From assembly GCA_051887095.1 (NCBI GenBank), contig JBJEYY010000115.1, positions 1-46,176 on the forward strand: 46,176 bases of DNA, given 5' to 3'. The notes under the pieces were generated by a model. It had not been told where the DNA came from and made no database searches. It saw only the letters and a program-made list of their open reading frames with translations. Of this stretch, positions 19,326-27,977 are shown piece by piece. This DNA comes from Faecousia sp. (GTDB lineage Bacteria; Bacillota; Clostridia; Oscillospirales; Oscillospiraceae). Numbering within the stretch: the stretch's first letter is position 1; each line of letters starts with the position of its first letter. Made by a program: the position numbers and the translations under genes.

Positions 19326-20015
19326 TCAGCAATCCTCCGGTTCTCTGCGGAATACGCACTGGAAGGCCTCCGCGTAGCAAAGCCCCGCCTGGCTGCCTCT
19401 GCAGGCTGCCAGGCCCCGGATGGTTTCCGGGCTTCTGGGATGGGGATAGGGCCGCATTACATCCCGGTATTGGGACAGCGCCCGGATTTTCGCCTCCACC
19501 CCCGCTTCTCCCACCTCCACAAAGGTGTTGGGTGTAAAGCCTTGCATGGATTGGTTCACACTCCACTCCGTGGCGGAGGGAACCTCCATATACCACAGCT
19601 CCCGCAGGGGCCGCACCTCGGGCCTTCTCTGGAACAGCCGGATGGCCGCCTGGCAGGCAAGAGAGGTGTGCAGATGGTCGTTGTTGGTGTCGCTGGGGTG
19701 ATGGGTGATGACCACATCCGGCTGACAGCGGACAATGGACTGCTCGATGAACTGCACCAGCTTCAGGTGGGGCACCGTATTGAGCTGGATATTGGGAAAA
19801 TTCCCCTTCACCAGGGAATGGACCCCCAGCACACCGGCGCTGCCGGCGATATCCGCCTCCAGCTCAGAGTCCCCGGGCCGCAGATGCCGGACCTCTGCCC
19901 CGCCGGACAGGATGCACACATCCACCTGATCCCCCTTGCGGGACTTGGCATACATCAGGGCACCGGCGCCTAGAACCTCGTCATCCGGGTGGGCCACAAC
20001 AATCAGATAATTCAT
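19326..20015 (-). CDS. PIG-L/LmbE-family deacetylase (copy 1)
   Basis: VVAHPDDEVLGAG, DTNNDH, PHPRS, YAEAF. Confidence 0.88.
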   Translation of the reverse strand: MNYLIVVAHPDDEVLGAGALMYAKSRKGDQVDVCILSGGAEVRHLRPGDSELEADIAGSAGVLGVHSLVKGNFPNIQLNTVPHLKLVQFIEQSIVRCQPDVVITHHPSDTNNDHLHTSLACQAAIRLFQRRPEVRPLRELWYMEVPSATEWSVNQSMQGFTPNTFVEVGEAGVEAKIRALSQYRDVMRPYPHPRSPETIRGLAACRGSQAGLCYAEAFQCVFRREPEDC

Positions 20016-21949
20016 CCGTTACTCCTCCCCGCTCCAACCAGGCTGTCATTCCCCACGCCTCCGGGAACATAGGTGGGGATAATCTCCGAAACGATTCTCT
20101 TTATATCAGGGGTTTCCTCCCTGCAGGCCTTGTCCAGCTGCTCCAGCTGCTTGCGGAAGAGCTCGTCATCCATTTCAATGGGCTTTCCGATGTGAATCTG
20201 CTGGTTGGCCGTTTCCTGGAGGCCCTCCTCCTTCATCAGCAGCTCTTCATAGAGCTTTTCTCCGGGACGCAATCCGGTGTATACAATCTGGATATCCACA
20301 TCCGGCTCCAGACCGCTGAGGCGGATCATATTCCGGGCCATGGTGTCGATCTTCACCGGCTCGCCCATGTCCAGCACAAAGATTTCGCCGCCCTTGGCAT
20401 AGGCCCCGGCCTGCAGCACCAGGCTCACCGCCTCGGGAATGGTCATGAAATAGCGGATGATGTCGGGATGGGTCACGGTAACCGGGCCGCCAGACTCGAT
20501 CTGCTTCTTGAATAACGGGATGACGCTGCCGTTGCTGCCCAGAACATTGCCGAAGCGCACCGCCACAAACTCCGTGTCGGACTGCCGGTTCATCATCTGC
20601 ACCACCATCTCACACAGCCGCTTGGACGCGCCCATGATGTTGGTGGGATTCACCGCCTTGTCGGTGGAGATCAGGACAAACCGCTTCACGCCGTATACCG
20701 CCGCGGCCTTGGCCAGCTTGTAGGTGCCCAGCACATTGTTCTTGATGGCTTCGTTGGGGCTGTCCTCCATCAGGGGGACATGCTTGTGGGCCGCCGCGTG
20801 GAAGATCAGCTCCGGCCGGTAATGCTCCATCAGCCAGTTCACCCGGTTGGTATTTCTGACGGAACCGATCAGCACCTGAAGATTCAGCTCCGGATGATTC
20901 CGATTCAGTTCCATCTGAATTTCGTAAGCATTGTTCTCGTAGATATCAAAAATAATCAGCTGCTTGGGATTGGCCCGGGCAATCTGTCGGCAGAGTTCGC
21001 TGCCGATGGAGCCGCCGCCTCCGGTGACCAGCACTACCTTCCCGGATATGTAGCCGATAATCTCGTCGATGTTCACCCGGATGGGCTCCCGGCCCAGCAG
21101 GTCCTGGGGGTCCACCTTGCGCAGCTTGCTGACGCTGACCTCGCCGTTGACCATCTGGTAAATTCCCGGGAGCATCTGCACTTCACAGCCGGTGGTGGCG
21201 CAGATATCCAGGATTTCCTTCCGATTTTTGGCGGAGCAGCTGGGAATGGCAAAAATGATTTTATCAACGCTGTACTGCTTGACCATCTCCGGGATGGCAT
21301 GGCGGTCTCCCACAATGGGAACACCGCAAAGCTGCTTATGGAGCTTCGCGGGGTTATCATCAATCACGCAGGCCACATGATCCCGGACATACTCGCTGTT
21401 GACGAACTCATTGGCGATGGCCCGGCCCGCATCCCCCGCGCCGATAATCATGATGTTCTTCAGCCCGGAAACGTGGGTCAGATGGGCAAATTTGATCTGG
21501 GCCGTCCGGACAAGGCGGTAGGAGAACCGGATTCCCACCGTACAGCAGAAGCTCAGCACGAACCCGATCAGGCAGCTTCCCCGGGGCAGCACCACCCCGT
21601 AAAAATGAAAGCCCAACACGCCCACAATGCCCAGGACGAAATAAGCGCCCAGAATCCGGAATACCTCCGGTGTGCTGACGAAAACCCAGATGCTGTTGTA
21701 CAGCCGGAACAGCACGAATACCCCCACGGTGATGGCACACCAAAGGCCGATGTAGCGTCCATAATTCTCCAGAAAAATATGGGAAATATCCGCAAAAACA
21801 AAATCAAACCGCATCCAAAGGCCAAAAAAGAAGGAGACCATGGTTGCAAGGACATCCATCAGCATAATCAGGGTAACCTTTGCCATTGCCGCGGTATTCG
21901 GTTTACCCAACTTAAAGGATTTCATTCTGCTCACATCCAGCTTTCTCAT
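20012..21949 (-). CDS. Membrane-bound UDP-GlcNAc 4,6-dehydratase (PglF/CapD/WbpM family)
   Basis: Four N-terminal TM segments, GAGDAG, TGGGGSIGSE, AAHKHVPLME, STDKAVNP..MGASK; start uncertain (MRKLD chosen). Confidence 0.92.
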   Translation of the reverse strand: MRKLDVSRMKSFKLGKPNTAAMAKVTLIMLMDVLATMVSFFFGLWMRFDFVFADISHIFLENYGRYIGLWCAITVGVFVLFRLYNSIWVFVSTPEVFRILGAYFVLGIVGVLGFHFYGVVLPRGSCLIGFVLSFCCTVGIRFSYRLVRTAQIKFAHLTHVSGLKNIMIIGAGDAGRAIANEFVNSEYVRDHVACVIDDNPAKLHKQLCGVPIVGDRHAIPEMVKQYSVDKIIFAIPSCSAKNRKEILDICATTGCEVQMLPGIYQMVNGEVSVSKLRKVDPQDLLGREPIRVNIDEIIGYISGKVVLVTGGGGSIGSELCRQIARANPKQLIIFDIYENNAYEIQMELNRNHPELNLQVLIGSVRNTNRVNWLMEHYRPELIFHAAAHKHVPLMEDSPNEAIKNNVLGTYKLAKAAAVYGVKRFVLISTDKAVNPTNIMGASKRLCEMVVQMMNRQSDTEFVAVRFGNVLGSNGSVIPLFKKQIESGGPVTVTHPDIIRYFMTIPEAVSLVLQAGAYAKGGEIFVLDMGEPVKIDTMARNMIRLSGLEPDVDIQIVYTGLRPGEKLYEELLMKEEGLQETANQQIHIGKPIEMDDELFRKQLEQLDKACREETPDIKRIVSEIIPTYVPGGVGNDSLVGAGRSNG

Positions 21950-22025
21950 AGTGTATCGGATACCCCCGGAAGATACCGACCGATTCCGTGGGGGTTCCCC
22001 CTTATTCGTCTGCAAAGTTCAGTTT

Positions 22026-22054
22026 ATTATATCATACTCCGGCACATACGGCAA
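22026..22054 (-). promoter_or_regulatory. Sigma-A promoter of the polysaccharide operon
   Basis: TTGCCG-17 bp-TATAAT with an extended -10 (TGATATAAT). Confidence 0.65.
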
Positions 22055-22101
22055 GGGAAACTTTTGCGTCCGGAACCGGGATCCGCACCGGGCAAACCCG
22101 C

Positions 22102-22138
22102 AAAAGTCCGCCGCACCCCATCAGGCGCGGCGGACTTT
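22102..22138 (-). terminator. Probable intrinsic terminator downstream of the MMPL/surface-protein operon
   Basis: AAAGTCCGCCGC / GCGGCGGACTTT 12-bp stem ending in TTTT on the minus strand. Confidence 0.6.
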
Positions 22139-22173
22139 AAACGATTTGACGATTCGTTTCTCCTGGAAAAAGA

Positions 22174-22406
22174 AAATTGTTGTTTACACTACACGTTCCA
22201 AATTTCCTGTCATTGCGAACCAGCGCGCACGCTGGTGTGGCAATCCCCCGGTTAGAGGTAAAATGTATCGACAATTGCCCTACCGAGTGGGGAAACCTTA
22301 CGATTTTTGGTGGTAATCGTTACCTGGTTCCATTCGACCGGGGGGTTGCCACGCCAGTGTGCGCACTGGCTCGCAATGACAGCGTTTATTCACTAAACAG
22401 CAATTT
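22174..22406. repeat. REP-doublet element copy 4 (core 22207-22382, spacer A)
   Basis: Outer IR plus two inverted REP units. Confidence 0.92.
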
Positions 22407-22427
22407 ACCGCAGCAATTCCATTCCTT

Positions 22428-25103
22428 TTACGGCTGCGTTTCTTCGGTATCGGAGTTCTTCCGTGAACCGGCGGCTTTTCGTTTTCTCAGAAAAATCAAA
22501 GCCGCCACCGCCAGCACGCCCGTTCCCCCGACTGCCGCCGCGATCCATCCCCAGGGAGTTTCCCCCGTATCCAGCAGCACAGCCGCCACCGCGTTATCTC
22601 CGGCTTCCAGCGGGAATACCAGGTAGCTTTCATCCACCTCAAACGCGGCGCTCCTCCATTGCCCCTGGGCATCCCGAACATACAGGGCCAGACGCTCCGG
22701 CTCCTGATCTTCGGGGATCAGATATCTGCCCCTGGTAATCACCGAATCCTCCGTCAGGGAGAAGCTTTCGGACTCCAGCAGCACCTGTCCTTCGGGAAGC
22801 TGGGGGGAATCCTTCGGCTTCGTCAGCTTCAGGGTCCAGTCTAAGGGGAAGGTCCCCTCCAGCAGCATCACAGGCTTTCCGCCCCGAAGCTCCCGGGACT
22901 CCACCACGCTCAGATCCATGACATACTGCGCATGGAAAACCTGGTCGAAGTACACCTTCTCCACCCCCCGGCTTCCCACACCGGGCCAGGATCCCACCAT
23001 TCCATCCTTCACAGATACCTGGGGGACGTTCTCCGGTGCCAGGGAAGCGCCTGCCTTCACCTTCCGGACCGCTTTCGTACCATCCTCCTGAACGAAGGTC
23101 AGCCGCGCATACCAGAAGTCCTTGGGGACATCCTCCAGGGCAAAGAAGCTCTTTTCCGAAATAGGCTGAGCCGCCCCGTCATAGCTGATTCCGTCAATTC
23201 CGCCGTAATCCCGGGTTGTCACCAGGTAGCAGTTTCCTTGCAGGGCCGGTTCTTCGTCCTGCTCCTGGGCCGTTTCCCGGCATCCCAGAATTCCGCCGAT
23301 TCCCTCTCCCTCCGACAGGATCTGCACCATGCTGCGGCAATCCGATACAATTCCGGCGCTTCCGGCAATGCCGCCCACATAATCCTTTCCATCCAGAACG
23401 CATTTCACACTGCACTGCCGAATGTATCCCGCGCCGCGCCCGGTGATACCGCCGATGTATTGGGCGTTCTCCTCCGTCAGGCTGCCGGTGTTGACGCACT
23501 GCTTTACCAGGCCCATGGACTGCCAGCCCGCAATTCCTCCTCCGTTCTGCTTTTTGGCGGTAACGGTTCCCGAATTGGAGCAGGACAGCACCACAGCCCG
23601 GACTTCGCTCTCAAAGTTCAGCGATTCCTGGCCCACCACCTGCCAGTCCTCCAGCAGGTCCAGGTCATTTTCCGGTGCCATGGCCCCGGTAATACCTCCG
23701 GCGTTGCGGTCCGCCAGAACATCTCCGGAATTGCAGCAGCGCTCCACCTTGCCGGAGAGGAGCTCCGGCTGATCCTGGTCGGACACATCCACCAGTCTGC
23801 CTCCCACATGCTCCGAGGCCCGGCTGATGGTTTCTCCCATGGCGCTCATCTGCCCCTGGATTCCGCGCATGTCCTGAGCAATTCCCGAGGCGGTGTCCAC
23901 GGCAGCCCCCGAGGCCTTGCGGATGGTCTGGGACATGTTTCTCAGGCACGCGCTCAGGGCGTTTTGTGCCGCGGCAATGGCATCCGCATCCGGCAGCGAG
24001 GGATTTTCCTCGCTGGGAAGCAGCGATTCCAGTGCCTCCCGGGCCGATTCCACCTCATCTGTCAGGTTTCCCAGCTGGTCAAAGATGGCTCCCGCGCTGC
24101 TCTGGGCATTGCCGGAGGCCCGGCTGACCATTCCGGAGAGGGTGCTCAGCTGTTCTTTCAGAATCTGAAGCGTATCCTCCACAAAGACCATGGTGGAGGA
24201 AGGCTCCATCTGGCCCACAATGCCGCCCACTTCCTTGCGGCCGAAGACATCCGCCTTGTTTTCACAGTCTGCGATGTAACCGGACTGGGTCCCCGCGATG
24301 CCCCCGATATTGTAGCCCATCTGCCGATAGCCAACAGTCTGTTCGTTTGTGCAGGAGCGAATGACACCGGTGCTGATGCCCGCAATGCCGCCGATATCCG
24401 TCACCGTATCGGAGGATTCCGAATTCCGGATGGAATCCAGGGTAATGTCGGAAAGCTCCACGGTATTCTGCTGGGCTGTGGTATTGATTTCCGCCCAATT
24501 GACACATCCGCGGATCACGCCCTGATTCTCTCCCGCGATGCCGCCCACAAAATGGTCTCCCTGGAGCTGACCGTCCATCCGGCAGTTCTCCAGAAGGCCG
24601 GTGACCGTGTTTTTTCCCGCGATGCCGCCCACATAGCTTCCTCCGGAAATCTCCCCGGAGAAGCTGCAGCGGACGATGCTGCCGCTGTTGCATCCGGCAA
24701 TGCCGCCCACCTTTGCCCGGGTCCCCCCGGGATGAATCTGAGCCTGTACGTTCAGCTCCCGCACCTGGGCGGATGCCGTCAGATACCGGAATAATCCCTT
24801 GGCGGAACCGTCCGAGGTAATGCGCAGGCCCCGGATGATATGTCCGTTTCCTTCGAAGGTGCCGCAGAAAATGGGAATTCCCTCGAATTCCGAGCCTCCC
24901 AGATCCAAGTCCGCCTTCAGCGACACCTTCAGGCCCTGACTGTAGCTGTCCAGGCGGCATTTCTCCGCGAATCTGAGAAAATCCTTCTCCGTGGAGATGG
25001 TAATTTCCCTTTCGTATTCTTTTTCCTCCTGGGCGCACACCGGAAGCGCCAGGGTGAGCACAAGCAGGACACAAAGCACCACGCTGAAAAGCCTTTTACG
25101 CAT
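22428..25103 (-). CDS. Large membrane-anchored surface protein with GGIAG (GLUG-like) repeats and a central helical insert
   Basis: Signal peptide MRKRLFSVVLCVLLVLTLALPVCA; about 10 (V/I)GGI(A/T/V)G repeats in two blocks; C-terminal TM helix followed by RKRK. Confidence 0.8.
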   Translation of the reverse strand: MRKRLFSVVLCVLLVLTLALPVCAQEEKEYEREITISTEKDFLRFAEKCRLDSYSQGLKVSLKADLDLGGSEFEGIPIFCGTFEGNGHIIRGLRITSDGSAKGLFRYLTASAQVRELNVQAQIHPGGTRAKVGGIAGCNSGSIVRCSFSGEISGGSYVGGIAGKNTVTGLLENCRMDGQLQGDHFVGGIAGENQGVIRGCVNWAEINTTAQQNTVELSDITLDSIRNSESSDTVTDIGGIAGISTGVIRSCTNEQTVGYRQMGYNIGGIAGTQSGYIADCENKADVFGRKEVGGIVGQMEPSSTMVFVEDTLQILKEQLSTLSGMVSRASGNAQSSAGAIFDQLGNLTDEVESAREALESLLPSEENPSLPDADAIAAAQNALSACLRNMSQTIRKASGAAVDTASGIAQDMRGIQGQMSAMGETISRASEHVGGRLVDVSDQDQPELLSGKVERCCNSGDVLADRNAGGITGAMAPENDLDLLEDWQVVGQESLNFESEVRAVVLSCSNSGTVTAKKQNGGGIAGWQSMGLVKQCVNTGSLTEENAQYIGGITGRGAGYIRQCSVKCVLDGKDYVGGIAGSAGIVSDCRSMVQILSEGEGIGGILGCRETAQEQDEEPALQGNCYLVTTRDYGGIDGISYDGAAQPISEKSFFALEDVPKDFWYARLTFVQEDGTKAVRKVKAGASLAPENVPQVSVKDGMVGSWPGVGSRGVEKVYFDQVFHAQYVMDLSVVESRELRGGKPVMLLEGTFPLDWTLKLTKPKDSPQLPEGQVLLESESFSLTEDSVITRGRYLIPEDQEPERLALYVRDAQGQWRSAAFEVDESYLVFPLEAGDNAVAAVLLDTGETPWGWIAAAVGGTGVLAVAALIFLRKRKAAGSRKNSDTEETQP

Positions 25104-27531
25104 TTCCCTCGCCTCCTTCCCGGATTTCTCCCCCGGCGGAAACCGACGCCTCCAGCTGTCCCTGGATCACGCCGTCCACATTGGCATTCACCATTCCGCT
25201 GACATAGCCATGGATATGGCCCCGCACCCGGATGGCTCCCTCCGCCTTATGAATCGTGGACTCGGGGACCTTAATCTGAAAGCTGGTCCGGTTGATAATG
25301 GAGTCGCCCAGCACCAGGATGGAGGGAAGCACGAACAGAACCAGCACCATGGAGATAACCGTTCCTCTTCCGATGCAGTTGCCCATGGTGCACACCACAG
25401 GCTGCGCCGTAAGATTGCCGATCAGAAAGCCCGCCGAGGCCATAATGGTTCCGGAGGTAAACACCGTGGGGAACGCCGCGTTCAGTGCATGAATCACCGC
25501 CTGCTTGTGGGGCATCTTCCGCTTCTCCTCCTGATAATGGCTGGAGATCACGATGGCGTAGTCGATGTTGGCGCCCATCTGAATGGCCTGTACAATCAGA
25601 TATCCCAGGAAATACAGGGGTGTTCCCGTAAGGGTCGGGAAGGAGAAATTGATCCAGATACTGCCCTGAATCACAATAATCAGCAGCACCGGAAGTCCCG
25701 CCGACTGGAAGGTGAACAGCAGCACCACAATCACGAAGAAGGCGGACAGCACCGATATCAGCAGATTGTCCGTTTCGAAGGAGGAGGCCAAATCCCGGGA
25801 GCTGGTGGAATTGCCCACCAGGTAGACATCATCGTCATAGAACCTCCCGATGATCTCATGCATCCGGTCCAGGAAGGCGAAGGCCTCATCGCTCTCCTCC
25901 GGCAGGTTCAGCACCACCACCATCCGGCTGTATCGTTCATTCTGGAGCTGGGCCTGGGCCATTCCCAGCTGGGAGAACAGCTCATCAAGCATCCGCTGGT
26001 CATCGCCGCTTAGCTGAATGTTGTGTGCCTGAAGCTGATCCTTCAGGAAAACAAACATATCAAACAGCGGAATCTCATATTCCTCCAGCCCGCTGAGAAT
26101 GCTGCCGACCTCATTGTGCTCCGCGGCGTAGGAGGCGTAGAGCAGCTGGATCACCTCATAGTCCATCCCCGCCAGCTCCGAGAATTCCCTGGGGTTCAGG
26201 GCATCGGTCAGCATATAGCCGTCCATGGCCTCGGTCCCGGACAAGCCCATAACGGATTTGACCTCGGGACAGGCCTTTAGTTCCTGAATAATCTCCTTTT
26301 CGGCGTTGTAGTCCCCGGAAGGGATCACCACCGCTACCATATTATTGACACCAAAGGTTTCCTTGATCTTGAAGTAGGCCGTCTGCCGTTCGGTCATTTT
26401 CGCGGTTTTCAGATCGTAGTAGCTGTAGGAATAGGGACAACGGTTGGAAAGGATAAACGCCGCTACCAGCACCAGCAGGAACAGCGGCGGCACCACCCGG
26501 CGGGTCTTTACCGCGAATTTACCCACAAAGTTGATATTGGGGATCAGCTTTTTGTGCCGTGTCTTATCAATCAGGGGGCTGAACAGCACCAGCAGGCCCG
26601 GCATCAGGGTAAACACCGACAGCAGGCTCAGCATGATCGCCTTGATGAGCACCATGGCCATATCCAGACCGATAGAAAACTTCATAAAGGCCAGGGCCGC
26701 CAGGCCGCTGACCGTGGTCAAGGACGAAGCGCTGATTTCCGGGATGGCCTTACTCAGAGCGTCCACCGCGGCGTCCCGGGCATTCTTGGTTTCGTGCTCA
26801 TCGGAGAACCGGTGACATAGAATGATGGCATAGTCAATGGCCAGCACCAGCTGCAGCACCACGGCGATGGAATCGGAGATAAAGCTGATTTTCCCGCAGA
26901 GGAAATTGGTGCCCATATTCAGCACCGCCGCGACGCCGAAGGTCAGCAGCAGCACCGGAACCTCCATATAGGCCCGGCTGGTTGTGATCAGCACCGCGAT
27001 AATGATGATCACCGCCACCACCAGAATGGTGGTCATCTCCTCCCGGAGCATGGCATTCTCGTCATAGCCCACCGAGGAATAAATGGAGGCGTCGTAACCG
27101 GCCAAAACCTTCTCAATTTCCTCCTGGGCCTTTTCACTGACAGGGTCGGTGGATTCCGCGCTGAAGCTGATGTCATAAAGGGCGGAAGCATCCCGGTAAT
27201 GATCCAAAGTGTCATCGAAGGTCACCATGCTCAGTCCCTCGATGTCCGACAATTCCTCCGCCAGCGCCTGGGCCGTCTGGAAGGAAACATTGGACACCAT
27301 AACCTGGGCCGTGCCGAAGGTGGCGAAATTCTCGCTCATGGCCACCAGACCCTGACGGGTTTCGGTATCCTCCGGGAGGTAAACGGTGACATCGTTTTCC
27401 ACCTTCACCCAGCCCCGGGAGAAGATGCAGAAAATAAAGGCGAATACGTACAGCAGAAAAATCAGATTTCGCTTGTCCACGATAAACGCGGCCAGCTTAT
27501 CGATAAAACTTTCGGATTTCATAGCGTTCAT
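25096..27531 (-). CDS. MMPL/RND-family transporter
   Basis: Two 1+5 TM halves with LAIDYAIIL and GANIDYAIVI motifs; start reset to MNAMKS with AGGAG RBS; overlaps the next gene by 8 nt. Confidence 0.9.
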   Translation of the reverse strand: MNAMKSESFIDKLAAFIVDKRNLIFLLYVFAFIFCIFSRGWVKVENDVTVYLPEDTETRQGLVAMSENFATFGTAQVMVSNVSFQTAQALAEELSDIEGLSMVTFDDTLDHYRDASALYDISFSAESTDPVSEKAQEEIEKVLAGYDASIYSSVGYDENAMLREEMTTILVVAVIIIIAVLITTSRAYMEVPVLLLTFGVAAVLNMGTNFLCGKISFISDSIAVVLQLVLAIDYAIILCHRFSDEHETKNARDAAVDALSKAIPEISASSLTTVSGLAALAFMKFSIGLDMAMVLIKAIMLSLLSVFTLMPGLLVLFSPLIDKTRHKKLIPNINFVGKFAVKTRRVVPPLFLLVLVAAFILSNRCPYSYSYYDLKTAKMTERQTAYFKIKETFGVNNMVAVVIPSGDYNAEKEIIQELKACPEVKSVMGLSGTEAMDGYMLTDALNPREFSELAGMDYEVIQLLYASYAAEHNEVGSILSGLEEYEIPLFDMFVFLKDQLQAHNIQLSGDDQRMLDELFSQLGMAQAQLQNERYSRMVVVLNLPEESDEAFAFLDRMHEIIGRFYDDDVYLVGNSTSSRDLASSFETDNLLISVLSAFFVIVVLLFTFQSAGLPVLLIIVIQGSIWINFSFPTLTGTPLYFLGYLIVQAIQMGANIDYAIVISSHYQEEKRKMPHKQAVIHALNAAFPTVFTSGTIMASAGFLIGNLTAQPVVCTMGNCIGRGTVISMVLVLFVLPSILVLGDSIINRTSFQIKVPESTIHKAEGAIRVRGHIHGYVSGMVNANVDGVIQGQLEASVSAGGEIREGGEGNA

Positions 27532-27569
27532 AGTCCACTCCTGTTGAAAAAAGGAAAATCGGATACCTG

Positions 27570-27620
27570 TTGATTTTTGTCTGTGTTGTATATTATAATA
27601 ACGCCGTCCCCCAACAGCAA
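27570..27620. promoter_or_regulatory. Overlapping divergent promoters (mmpL and tetR) sharing a palindromic -10
   Basis: TATTATAATA at 27591-27600 gives TATAAT on both strands; minus TTGCTG-17-TATAAT, plus TTGATT-18-TATAAT. Confidence 0.55.
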
Positions 27621-27703
27621 GCATCAAAAAGGGCCATTCTATATAATTTTAGACATAGCAAAGGAATTTGTTTGTTTTTCAATCCAATCATCCCAACGCA
27701 GGA

Positions 27704-27946
27704 AAATTGTTGTTTACGCTTGTACGCCTAAAAAACACTGTCATTGCGAGCCAGTGCGCACACTGGCGTGGCAATCCCCCGGTTAGAGGGGAAATGTATC
27801 GACAATTGCCCTACAGAATGGGGAAACGTTACGATTTTTGGTGGGAATCGTTACCTGGTTCCATTCAACCGGGGGATTGCCACACCAGTCTGCGGACTGG
27901 TTCGCAATGACAGGAAATTTGGAACGTGTAGTGTAAACAACAATTT
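27704..27946. repeat. REP-doublet element copy 5 (core 27738-27913, spacer A)
   Basis: Outer IR GGAAAATTGTTGTTTAC/GTAAACAACAATTTTCC plus two inverted REP units. Confidence 0.92.
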
Positions 27947-27977
27947 TCCATCCCAATCCCAACTACAGGAGGCAACC

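Noticed and set aside
22083-22112. GCACCGGGCAAACCCGCAAAAG resembling a c-di-GMP-I riboswitch
   Set aside because: It lacks the GNRA-capped stem and second hairpin, and lies on the plus strand with no downstream gene.
27744-27977. 78-aa N-terminal extension of TetR through the repeat (similar extensions on dprA and the 10287 GT4)
   Set aside because: The upstream start has no RBS, while a strong RBS precedes the family-typical start; there is no evidence of an in-frame coding insertion.
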